Assembly (NCBI GenBank): GCA_903813345.2
Contig: CAIIXF020000001.1
Span: forward strand, 15,500,001-15,564,000
Direction of reading: 5' to 3'
Source of the DNA: Owenia fusiformis
Taxonomy: Eukaryota
Length of the DNA stretch: 64,000 nucleotides
The notes beneath the pieces were generated by a model. That model searched no databases. It saw nothing but the letters and a program-made list of their open reading frames with translations, and had not been told where the DNA came from. The stretch's first letter is position 1. Every line of letters starts with the position of its first letter. Positions 39,886 through 50,584 of this stretch are shown here, one piece after another. The position numbers were made by a program, and so were the translations under genes.

Positions 39886-40669
39886 CACACATCCTAGTTT
39901 TCTGCATGAGAAAAATGCAAATTCTGCGCAGAAATTCTGCATGAAAAAGCCAAATTCTGCACCAAATTCTGCATGAAATCTAAAATTCTGCACCAAATTC
40001 TGCACGGGGAAAAGTGAAATTTTGCGGTTCAAGTATGTGCAAAAAATGAAATTCTTGCTAAAATCAATAATTTTTTCCAAAAAATTAATAATTCAAAATT
40101 CTTGAACTCCACTCATGCTGCTTTCTTCAGCGATAATGGACAACTGCAGTAATAACACCAGATGCAATTTTAATCAATTAGCGACAAAATGCTCACTTGT
40201 GAACTATCACGAAATTCCAGATCAATATGCAGGGAATTCAGATGTCGTTTATTTATATATGACGAAGTAAAACGGAAGAAGAAGCATGATTTATTGCGTT
40301 AGAATACAAAAGAATACAATATTAGACATATTATTGCAAAACAATTACGAGGGACAGTCATCGGTTTCAAATTTCGTGATTATGTTAGACGCAGTCTTAC
40401 CTCTAAGTGCAAAGGCGGAAGTTCGAGAATTTAAAACAGATTTCAGATTTCCTCTTGAAAATCTGACAAAACACAAGTATCTGACAACAAACGAGCGGAG
40501 TCTTTGGGTGTTTAGGTGAGTGACAAATATGAGATGAGATGGTTGACTGGAAAAATCATGTTTTCCGCGAAATTCCGTGCCAAAACAAAAATTCTGCAAA
40601 AAAAATGAAAATGCAAATTTCTGCGGTTTTTCTGCGGCGACGCGGAATCACGGAATACTAGGATGAGTG
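39886..40669. mobile_element. MITE with CAC...GTG termini between the convergent DCAF17 and GPCR 3' ends
   Basis: CACACATCCTAGT / ACTAGGATGAGTG TIRs with ATATAT on both flanks; AAATTCTGC subterminal repeats. Confidence 0.8.
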
Positions 40670-40781
40670 ATATATATGATGGACTGTTTCCATATTCATG
40701 TTGCACAGGACAAATTTTTAAAATTTGTAACATCGCTATGCAAAAACTCATGGAGGTTGTCAACTAGATATAGTCAACATT

Positions 40782-43700
40782 TTAAATTTGTGTTGTTACC
40801 ATATGGTGCCTGCTTGCATATGGTGATCCATTAATTCTAGATCGGAGTCTTTGGCGTTTATGTTTATAACATCTACATATCAGTCTGTTTGGTAAGTGGC
40901 AAAGATTTTCACGAAATTCCTTGTTTACCAGGATGTACAATACAAAGTTTAGAGATGCATTCAACCGTAAGCACAAATTAGAAACAATGTGAAGGTATAT
41001 GGTTTTGTTATTATTCTTCATAGAGTCAATAAAACCAGTTGGATCTTGGAAGGAAGTTGGGAAAAAGAGCAAATCTTGAGCTCTCATAATGTCTGCAACT
41101 ACTCTTGGCATAACAAAACACAAAAACATAACTGCTACAGCTATGAAAAGTCTTGTTAATTTATCTTCATTCTTTGATGCTGTTGTAACACCAGTTCCCC
41201 TCATTTCGGCCCGCTTTTTGGAAGCTTTCTTTAATGAAACTAAAATTGCTATTGTCATCATAATCACTGATACCGTGGGCAGGATATGGAAAACCAATGG
41301 CTTGAAACATATCACATATATTTTCAAAAACATGGGAGAACCTCCTAACTTTGTGTATTTTTCTTCCACCCATCTTTCTTCACTGCACCAACTCTTAGAC
41401 CAGTAAGGCTCCACCATTAGAAATGAGGGAACAGATGAACCAAGACAAACTATTACCAAGAGAATCATTGAAATAGTAGTCCTGCGTATGGTACACAATA
41501 TCTTTGCTTTCATAGGTTTGCATACTATTACAAATCTGTTTGCTGTTAAGAGAACTATAAACCATATTGAAATATGAATCAATATTGATTCTATTTCTTC
41601 TATATATGGGTTAACCCAAGGAAGTACATGGACTGACTCACTGCCATGATTCAGTATCCAATTTCTTTTACCATAGTAAATGTTTTTGTAAAGTTCAAAA
41701 GTCAGATACCACAAACAAAAGCTTCCGTCACAAACAGAGACACCCTTTAGGATAACAATACTGGAATGAATCTGACTTGTGGATAGAACAAGAAAAGAGA
41801 GTACACTCCCTATCAGACCGAATAGACAAACAAAAAGTGAAGTCCAAAATCCGATGATGAATTCTACTTGTCTAGTAAATGTAGTGTAACCCTTATTAAA
41901 TGGAGGACAACAGAAAATGTTGCGCATGTTGTGCTGTAACATGCATGGCGTCGGAAGAAAATCAAATAACCATGGAGTCTTGAGCAGTGTACTTTTGGAG
42001 TTTTTTACCATACACTGTAATGTCTGGTTGAGCAGGGACCTTCCTTTTAATTCACAAGACATTGGCGGTGATGAAAATGGCCAGGGTGTCTCAACATATG
42101 TACTTGAATTTTGAACAGCACATGACAACCTAATGCTGCTACTGGAAGTTATTAAAATGCAATTCCCTGGTGGTGAGATATGTGGCCAGTGGGCTCTGAA
42201 TATTGAATACTGAGAATCATATTTCACATTGCACTTTAAGCTATGTGTTGCTCTAGAATTTCTATTTATCACACAGAATGCCTCGAGAAATGACATTGGC
42301 AATTTGTCGGGTATGTATGTTATGTTTGTTGGTCCTTCCATTATGTCACACATTAGCTTTCGCTTGGCAGCGACACATGTTGTAGAGGGAAATGGAAAGG
42401 GCCAATGAAATGCAACGACAGGTAATTCATACTTAGACTTTGAGAACTTTGTACCATTATAACAATATAGTGTTTGATTCTCATTGCCCAGCTCAAGTAT
42501 ACAAAGTGTAGGTTGATGTGAAGCAAATGGCCAAGGAATTACAGCAGATTTCAAATATGGCCAGTTGAGTTGATGATCTGAGGACACTTCATCTGTCTGG
42601 TTGTTTTGAATGAAGCATCTCAATGCTTTTAAACTTATGGCAATGCACTGATATGGAGAGAACTCAAATGGCCAATAATGTGCAATTGTTTTATTGCCAT
42701 GAGTATTTATGCAGTAAAAGAACACTTCATCACCAGTGGCCTTTGTAAATAAATTACACATTAAAGGTGAAAATAAAAAAGGCCATTTTACTGAAACTGT
42801 CCTGAACAACCATTTTGATGCCTCCAATCCAGTATGAGCAGTAATAGATTTATTTGACATTGTGTTCATGTAACAAGTGAGCTGATGTCTTGTATAATCC
42901 AGCACACATGCTGCTAATGGAAAGGGAAAGTTCCATTGAACTTCAAGTTTCACAAACAGCTCACCCTTTGATGATCTGTAACAAAGAATTGTTTGGTCAG
43001 TCTGTATATTATTACAGTATCTTAGAGCAAATGGAAAGGGCCATTTTAACTCAAATACATCAAATGACCATGTCAATGGGGTTGACTCTACCAAAGTAAC
43101 ATTACTCTTCAAGTAGCAATGTAGCATGCCTCTTCGTCTGTATATACAGTGATAGGGAGAGAATGGGAATGGCCATTGAAGTTGTGCATAGTGATGTTGA
43201 AACTGTCGCAGTATTGGACAATAAAGAGTTTTGTTCTGGCCTGGACGGCATCTAAGAGGAGAAAATGTGAAGGGCCAAATAATTGCCACAGTCCTGAAGG
43301 GCCAATTCAACTTTGCTAGTTTAGTAGATATTTTTGGATTCCTCTGAATATAGCAAGTCAAGCTAAAGGCATTATTATAGTCACAGGTTTTAAAAGAAAT
43401 GAATGAGAACGGCCACTTTAGTATTATACTACGAAATAATCCACCTCTTTGATAAGGGTAACAATACAGTGTCTCATTGTTATACATGCGACATAAAAAT
43501 GAAAATGGGAAAGGCCACTCAATAAGAACTAATTCATATGACCATTGAAGTGGAGGAACTACTTTTGAATCATTATTATAGAGTGTTTGGTGCTCATCTA
43601 TGCAGTAAATACTTTGGTTGTTTAACAAGAGGCACGAAGATGGTTTTAAGTTGAATGGCCACATTATCCAATTATACTGTACCGCTGTACCAATACGGCA

Positions 43701-45368
43701 GTGCAGTGTCTCATTGGCTCTGTACACTATGAAACACAAGCTGTATGAAAAGGGGAAAGGCCAAATAAGTTGTGTAAATCTTGTTGTCTGAAATGTGCCA
43801 TTCATATGCCTGTAACAATCAATTGCAGCTTCTGTGACTAGGCTACAATTAATAGGATCTGAAAAATCCTGACTTAACTTAATTCTAGGATCCATGCTAG
43901 AAGTCATATTACAAGTCATGGTAGTATTGTCAAAGTCACATATTTTAATTGGAAAACGTGAAATGATGACCTTTGGCAAAGTTATTGTTGTTGTTATGCT
44001 TGTGGGCTCGTTTGAAGGAGTTAATGAACTTGTTGCTTTATCCATATTCTGAGTTGTCAAACCATATGTTAACATTTCCAGAGTCATTGTACTCGGAGTT
44101 ACCATGTTTGGATCAGATGGTGATGACATGACCATTGTCCAATTAACATTTGTAAAGTTTTCATTATCTCTTCTCATGCTCTCTGTATGAACACCTGAGA
44201 GACCAGGGGAAGTGCTTATATTAACATACTTAACATGGTCATCTTCACTGCCGCTTGTCACAGGACCAGAGGAAGTGCTTGTATTGTTCATAACTCTGTC
44301 ATCTTCACTGTCCCTTGTCACAGGACCAGAGGGAGTGCTTGTATTGTTCGTAACACTGCCATCTTCACCGTTCCTTGTCACAGGACCAGAGGGAGTGCTT
44401 GTATTGTTCATTACATGGTCATCTTCACTGCCGCTTGTCACAGGACCAGAGGAAGTGCTTGTATTGTTCATAACTCTGTCATCTTCATCGTCCCTTGTCA
44501 CAGGACCAGAGGGAGTGCTTGTATTGTTCGTAACACTGCCATCTTCACCGTTCCTTGTCACAGGACCAGAGTGAGTGCTTGTATTGTTCATAACATGGTC
44601 ATCTTCACTGCCGCTTGTCACAGGACCAGAGGGAGTGCTTGTATTGTTCATAAAACTGCCATCTTCACTGTCCCATGTTACAGGACCAGGGGTAGTGCTT
44701 GTATTGTTCATAACATGTTCATATTCACTGCCACTTGTCACAGGACCAGAGGGAGTGCTTGTATTGTTCATAACATGGTCATCTTCACTGCCACTTGTCA
44801 CAGGACCAGAGGGAGTGCTTGTATTGTTCATAAAACTGCCATTTTCACTGTCCCATGTTGCAGGACCAGGGGTAGTGCTTGTATTGTTCATAACACTGCC
44901 ATATTCACTGTCCCATGTTACAGGACCAGGGATAGTGCTTGTATTGTTCATAACATGGTCATCTTCACTGCCGCTTGTCACAGGACCAGATTGAGTACTT
45001 GTATTGTTCATAACACTGCCATCTTCACTGTACCATGTTACAGGACCAGAGGGAGTGCTGGTATTGTTCATAACATGGTCATGTTCACTACCTCTTGTCA
45101 CATTATCTGAATGAACATCTGAGGGATGATGGGAAGTGCTTGTATGGTATACATTATCTAAAGTTTCTCCTGTGTGATTTCTTGCCTCATCCTGTTTTCT
45201 CTCATGAGGTGCTTCTGACAATTTGGTTTTATCATCATTCACTGGTTCTTTTTGAGGATTTGTTGTATCTAATAATGTTGGATGAGCTATAGGCGTTGTA
45301 GAACCTTTGCTTTCTACCACTGTTCCCAGCACTACTAACCAAGTCATGACTACAGTCAGTGATGCCAT
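40782..45368 (-). CDS. Class A (FMRFamide/sex-peptide-receptor-like) GPCR with a ~1160-aa ectodomain, intronless CDS, 1528 aa
   Basis: Signal peptide MASLTVVMTWLVVLGTVVES; seven hydrophobic segments in the last ~350 aa: GLIGSVLS (TM1), VSVCD (TM2), TANRFVIVCKP (TM3), HILP (TM5), FLCFVMP (TM6), LNASLNFVLY..VNKEFR (TM7/helix 8). A TTTCAG acceptor at ~45502 suggests an upstream non-coding exon. Confidence 0.93.
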   Translation of the reverse strand: MASLTVVMTWLVVLGTVVESKGSTTPIAHPTLLDTTNPQKEPVNDDKTKLSEAPHERKQDEARNHTGETLDNVYHTSTSHHPSDVHSDNVTRGSEHDHVMNNTSTPSGPVTWYSEDGSVMNNTSTQSGPVTSGSEDDHVMNNTSTIPGPVTWDSEYGSVMNNTSTTPGPATWDSENGSFMNNTSTPSGPVTSGSEDDHVMNNTSTPSGPVTSGSEYEHVMNNTSTTPGPVTWDSEDGSFMNNTSTPSGPVTSGSEDDHVMNNTSTHSGPVTRNGEDGSVTNNTSTPSGPVTRDDEDDRVMNNTSTSSGPVTSGSEDDHVMNNTSTPSGPVTRNGEDGSVTNNTSTPSGPVTRDSEDDRVMNNTSTSSGPVTSGSEDDHVKYVNISTSPGLSGVHTESMRRDNENFTNVNWTMVMSSPSDPNMVTPSTMTLEMLTYGLTTQNMDKATSSLTPSNEPTSITTTITLPKVIISRFPIKICDFDNTTMTCNMTSSMDPRIKLSQDFSDPINCSLVTEAAIDCYRHMNGTFQTTRFTQLIWPFPFSYSLCFIVYRANETLHCRIGTAVQYNWIMWPFNLKPSSCLLLNNQSIYCIDEHQTLYNNDSKVVPPLQWSYELVLIEWPFPFSFLCRMYNNETLYCYPYQRGGLFRSIILKWPFSFISFKTCDYNNAFSLTCYIQRNPKISTKLAKLNWPFRTVAIIWPFTFSPLRCRPGQNKTLYCPILRQFQHHYAQLQWPFPFSPYHCIYRRRGMLHCYLKSNVTLVESTPLTWSFDVFELKWPFPFALRYCNNIQTDQTILCYRSSKGELFVKLEVQWNFPFPLAACVLDYTRHQLTCYMNTMSNKSITAHTGLEASKWLFRTVSVKWPFLFSPLMCNLFTKATGDEVFFYCINTHGNKTIAHYWPFEFSPYQCIAISLKALRCFIQNNQTDEVSSDHQLNWPYLKSAVIPWPFASHQPTLCILELGNENQTLYCYNGTKFSKSKYELPVVAFHWPFPFPSTTCVAAKRKLMCDIMEGPTNITYIPDKLPMSFLEAFCVINRNSRATHSLKCNVKYDSQYSIFRAHWPHISPPGNCILITSSSSIRLSCAVQNSSTYVETPWPFSSPPMSCELKGRSLLNQTLQCMVKNSKSTLLKTPWLFDFLPTPCMLQHNMRNIFCCPPFNKGYTTFTRQVEFIIGFWTSLFVCLFGLIGSVLSFLVLSTSQIHSSIVILKGVSVCDGSFCLWYLTFELYKNIYYGKRNWILNHGSESVHVLPWVNPYIEEIESILIHISIWFIVLLTANRFVIVCKPMKAKILCTIRRTTISMILLVIVCLGSSVPSFLMVEPYWSKSWCSEERWVEEKYTKLGGSPMFLKIYVICFKPLVFHILPTVSVIMMTIAILVSLKKASKKRAEMRGTGVTTASKNEDKLTRLFIAVAVMFLCFVMPRVVADIMRAQDLLFFPTSFQDPTGFIDSMKNNNKTIYLHIVSNLCLRLNASLNFVLYILVNKEFRENLCHLPNRLICRCYKHKRQRLRSRINGSPYASRHHMVTTQI
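44207..45110 (-). repeat. Coding 60-bp (20-aa) tandem repeat, ~15 units, in the GPCR ectodomain
   Basis: NNTSTPSGPVTSGSEDDHVM-type units; GTATTGTTC recurs every 60 nt from 44281 to 45061. Confidence 0.97.
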
Positions 45369-48300
45369 ATTTTGTCAATGGACAATATTCTTCAGATCAA
45401 ACATCAAAGGTATGTTGTCTGCATGGCTTGATTGCTACCACATAATCTTTGATACCAAAAGCTTGATGTTTCTGTTTCTTTTTTGAGGTGGTCCTTTTGT
45501 CCTGAAACGTTTTTTAGATGTTTTCAATGCCTAATTTAATGTGTTATTATCATCATTCAATTTAGGTTTTTGGCCTATGCCCTAGATATAGAATGAAACT
45601 AATACCAGATTGAATATACCAGTATGACTGTTCTATCTGATTAGTCATTGTCTAGGAGGGCCTGTTCCCAATCAGATTTAGCAATTACTTGACCACTGGT
45701 TTAAACTCAACCTATAGCAACACTTTCTGATGATATATTAAAACTTTCAAATAAATTATTGTTTCCCAATGAGTTTATTTTGCTTCAAATAATATTCAGT
45801 TTTATCACAAGATTTTGAAAATTTGACTTTAGTGTCTTTCTGAACATGTTTGAGATACATGATTTGAAAAAAAGAACCGATTGATTCTTATATGATTTAA
45901 GTTATTTGTGATAAACATGTTATCAGTTGATATCAGATTAGAAATGTACAATATATTATTTATCTGATATTCATTAATATAAAAATGTATATTTCCAACT
46001 CATTAGTCCAAATGATATGCCTGTGTTCAAATCATATGGTATTTTAGACATGAAATTTCAAGAAGATTCTATAAGAAAAATAATTCTCTAAGACTACTTA
46101 CATTTAAGAAATATTAAATTGTCCTTTCCTGTTCAATTGTTTCATCCAGATAGAAAATATTGTGACAAGCAATAGGTGGATTAACATCTGTGTGTATAGT
46201 TGTTCATTTAATGTTATCTATTTATTTATTTTTAGCTCATAAATAATTAATATATATCTGATAGTGTGTATCTTGATGGGTGAGGTATGAGTGTGTGTTA
46301 TAACACCTGTAAAGTAATGTGAACAGTATGGGATTGTGCATACAAGCATACACCTACCTAGGAAATTAACGACACACACATACTTGTTTTTATTGTTTCA
46401 GGAGTTTTGAATTCATCGTCTGTGATGTGTGCATGTGCAAAATTAATAGACTTTGACATGAAGCCTCTTTTCTGTAATTATCGATGGTTCAAAACTCATT
46501 CAGTCATGTAGAAAGTGAATTAGCTGTCTTTTAAAATCAAAAATGATTAGAAGTTTCTCATTTTATTCCTTAGTTACATTCATATTGATGTTTTATCTAG
46601 TTTAGATAAAAAAAATGGTATTCTTGTGACCAGTTGAAAAATAATTTTTTTGCTTTCTTGCAATACTATTCCACTGAATGTACTTGTTGAGATTTGATCA
46701 ACTTGAGTTCTTCTGGGAAAGTGAGGATTTTGTACCTATTACCATGGTGACATATACAACATGGATGATGGTATCCCATTGCTAAATCATTAGTCAATGG
46801 TGTATATATGAATATGTGGTGTATTTTGGGAATGGATTAATGGAATGGGATTTCTGTATTGATCTTACAAACAGCTTTTCCATCCTGGTCCTGCTCCATG
46901 AAATTAAAGGAAAAGGATATTTTTATTACAGTATGGTATTAATATTTTAGCGTTTTCACTATTTTTCAGTTAATTCTTGACAAAACTGAGATTATTTTTT
47001 TAAATATTTTTAATCACCCTCATTATACACAAAATAGCAGAACAAAAGAATAGTTTTTTGTTCAAGCAATGTTTGGTGTTATCTGTCCAGTGGTGAATAC
47101 TGTATCACGTTATTCATAAATACAGTTAGTGATATTCATATTAGTTATATAAAACTCTACTACTTTTTTTATCCAATCTTGCATTTCATCTCCCAAAAGA
47201 TCTCTTCTACCAAATATATCCACTGACTTTCAAGAGAAGCCCATAAAATAACCAATCATTTAACAGGATATATTTGTATTTTGATGGATTGTCTGTTGTC
47301 TTTCACATTAGAGTATTGACCATACAGATGAAGTAGCACATTGTCAAATAATTAGTAACATCATGTTATTGCAATATCTGGAAAACATTCATTAATCAAT
47401 GTTTGTGGTGGAGATATCAAAGGAAGTTGCCTTGAGAATATATTGATCTCAATGCCACTTTTCAGCTTTTCAAACAATCGTATCCTTCTAGAAATCCCAT
47501 GACGCAATTGGACACATGATGTTTTTAACACATATAATTAAGTGGAAGATGTAGGATTTTCTTTCACAAGTCTGAATTAGATCATAGTTTATCACCTTTA
47601 GATTTTTATTTATTAATGATCACAAAGTAATAAGTGGTAGTACTGTGATACAGTAGTGGTGACATACATGTATTGTTATAGTCTCCAACTTTTTTGTGAA
47701 CGGCGTTCAGCATCCGGAAATTGGTGTTTTGCGTTAAGCAATCAGTGTCTGTAACAAATACCAGTTAGCGACATTTTGCATGATTTATGCCTTGTTTATT
47801 ATATTTACACGTATATTAATTAGAAAAACCAATTCTTTGCAGAAATTAGCTTGATTATGGATTAGGCATCAAATGATTTGTTGTAATGAATATCTGTTAC
47901 CAACATCAGTGCAATTGGCACATGGGATGAAATAATGGAATAAAAGTCTCTAGTATAATCTACATACAGTTTTCAAAATCATTTTGATTGTCATTTCTAA
48001 ATCATTTTTTAGGTTCCTGTAAATGGATCATGAAAATCTTCCATTCATCAGAATACTAAAATGGCTATAAATTGAAAATATTAGATTTAAATCTCGGAGT
48101 AATTGTATCTTCGCCATATATCCCACGCTTAGCCTCACAATCAATAAATTCTTGGAACTTTGATTGGGAACTATTGATGTTGATGTAACACTATACAATT
48201 TTTTACAACAGCCTTTCTAGTATTTTACTGATTAACTCTTTCTCCAGTTTTGTTCATTTACTTGTTAATAGCTTTACATTAATTAAGGAGGCTAGCAGAA

Positions 48301-49409
48301 CATCATGGGAGCACAATGGAGCAAATAACAGGAATGAAGCTAAAAAGGGTTTATCACAAATTTAGCTGTTCAAGGATTGAAAATGTGGGCAGTGGACATT
48401 AGACAAATGGTATGGAAACAATGAATCTAACAGACAGCTCCCTCAAAACTGATTTACATGTAGTTATCCATTCTCAGAGATAATTGCCTCCCCCTCCCTC
48501 TAACATGTGGCCCTGACTGACCCTGAATATTCATCACTGCGCTATTATTTAAACTAATGGGAGACTCTGAGACAATTAACACAAGGATATCTTAATCAAT
48601 CAAGCTATTGGAAGAACTTGCATTTCTGCTATAGAATTTTCTGGACATTCAGTGAATCATGATATTTGTCTATTTGATCAGTTAATGGATAATATTCTGT
48701 TGCCGCACCGAGAGGAAGTCATGCATATGTTAAGTGTGCACAACAGATTCTTACACAAGTGGAATAATATGAGGAGGGAGTGATTTATTACCAGTATATC
48801 CTATAAAAGTGGAGTGGTGCTTCAATGCAAGACATTAGTATGCAAATATCTCTTCAGATGAGGCTAATGTTAAGTTGTGGCTTATTATAAAGCTTAAATA
48901 GAACTTTTTATTGGATAATTATCAGTACTGATCAGAACAAGATTTATAAGGTGAGTTAATTAGTTCACTAGGTTCATTTAAAATAATAATTTAAATGAAA
49001 AAAGCGCAATTTTATTATATGGAAATTTGAAATAAATGCTATTTCAAGTGCCTGGATATAATATTTAAAATGAAATTACTTGAAATAAATATACCAGTAA
49101 ATACATGTACATGTAGTTAACTTTTATTCCATGATAACATGTTTTCCCTGGGAAATAAACTGGGAATAGAATTGATATTCAAGAAATCCTGTATTGGATC
49201 CCATATCAGCAAAAATCCCATATCAGATCCCGTATCAGAACTATTCTCATGGATTTCTTTTGATTTTTACATATTTTGTTCTAAAACTGTAAATGAAAGT
49301 TGAAAATTGTTACATGAAAAATCAAATTGTATCATTTTATGTCAACATCATTGGGTGATAGCAAATCAAACTTGAAAATGAATAAGCTTTAAAAAAATGT
49401 TATGGAATG

Positions 49410-50252
49410 AATAGGTTATTGACGGTTGTGATGGAATTTGAATATTTTTTCCTTGAAAAAAATATGATATTGGCCTCAGAAAATATTATATTTACACTCG
49501 GGCGGTCGCGCTTGGACAATATAATATTTTCCTTGGCCAACATCATATTTTCCCTCGGAATGAAATTCATTTTCCATCCCTCCCATTAAATAACTTCTAT
49601 TTATCCCATGATACTACTACTTCCCGATGAATAACACCCGGGAATATTTTTGATATTGAAAAAAAATCGTATTGTCCAACCCAATCCCACTCACAAAAAT
49701 CATATTCACCTACCAATCCCACCTCCCGAGAATTTTTGATAAACAAAGCTTCCTATTTCGTACAGTTGAGTCGATAGAGCGTGCTATAATGATGTTCTTA
49801 TGTGAGAAACATATTTTCCAAATGAAGTTCAAAATAGAGATTTTAAAATGTAAGGAGAATGAAACTATAAAACCTTATTAAACAAAGGCTAATTGTAATT
49901 TCACCATCATGCTCTGACACAGTCAATGTCATAGAAATCTGAGCAATAAGTGAATGCCCTGATGCACTTGTATACCATATTGTTGATTTTTTATATTGAT
50001 GTGTTTAAGTTTATGTTATACATTAAAAAAAATTTATTTGAAAATGTCATAAAGTTAGGTCATATAAACTAAATAATATAGTCTGGTTTTGTTTCATACA
50101 AAAATCAGATATGGATATTGAACTATTGATTTTATGAAGAGAGTTATGAATATCATGGGATAAAAAGCTGGCCTCCGGGCCCTCGGGAAATATTGTGTTC
50201 TCCCTCTGAATAAAACCCATATTGAATCCCTCCCAGTAAATAACCTCTATAT
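49410..50252. mobile_element. Decayed MITE(s) with ATAGGTTATT/AATAACCTCTAT ends
   Basis: Left end at ~49410; matching right ends CCCTCCCA.TAAATAAC.TCTAT at ~49600 and ~50250. Confidence 0.5.
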
Positions 50253-50289
50253 ATTGATACAATCAGTTAATTTAACCAATCTCAGACTA

Positions 50290-50584
50290 TTAACCTCTTA
50301 AATCCCAGGTTCTAAAATTCGGTTGAAACCAGGGAATTTTTCATTTTTGCCATGACATTTTACTACATGCATATACAACAGGTGATGCTCAATTTAGTGA
50401 CATTAGTCGGCAGAGATCATTTCTACACATTTTAAAACATTTTTGGTGTAAATTGGATGAAAATTGTTAAAATTAGAGCAATTTTAAAGAAAAATGTTGT
50501 GACGGATTTGCTCGTCACTCTAGTTTTCAAAGTCGTTTCCAAGGTGACGAGAAATCTCGTCAATCTGGGTAGTCAAGACGTTAA
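50290..50584. mobile_element. TTAA-flanked (piggyBac-like) MITE
   Basis: TTAACCTCTT..ATCCCAG ... CTGGGTAGTCAAGACGTTAA. Confidence 0.5.

Noticed and set aside
41860-42000. GPS/GAIN cleavage site before TM1
   Set aside because: No CxCxHL(T/S) motif, and the 7TM is class A rather than adhesion type.
44212-45110. Plus-strand repetitive ORFs (120, 139, 291 aa)
   Set aside because: Antisense shadows of the GPCR 60-bp repeat.
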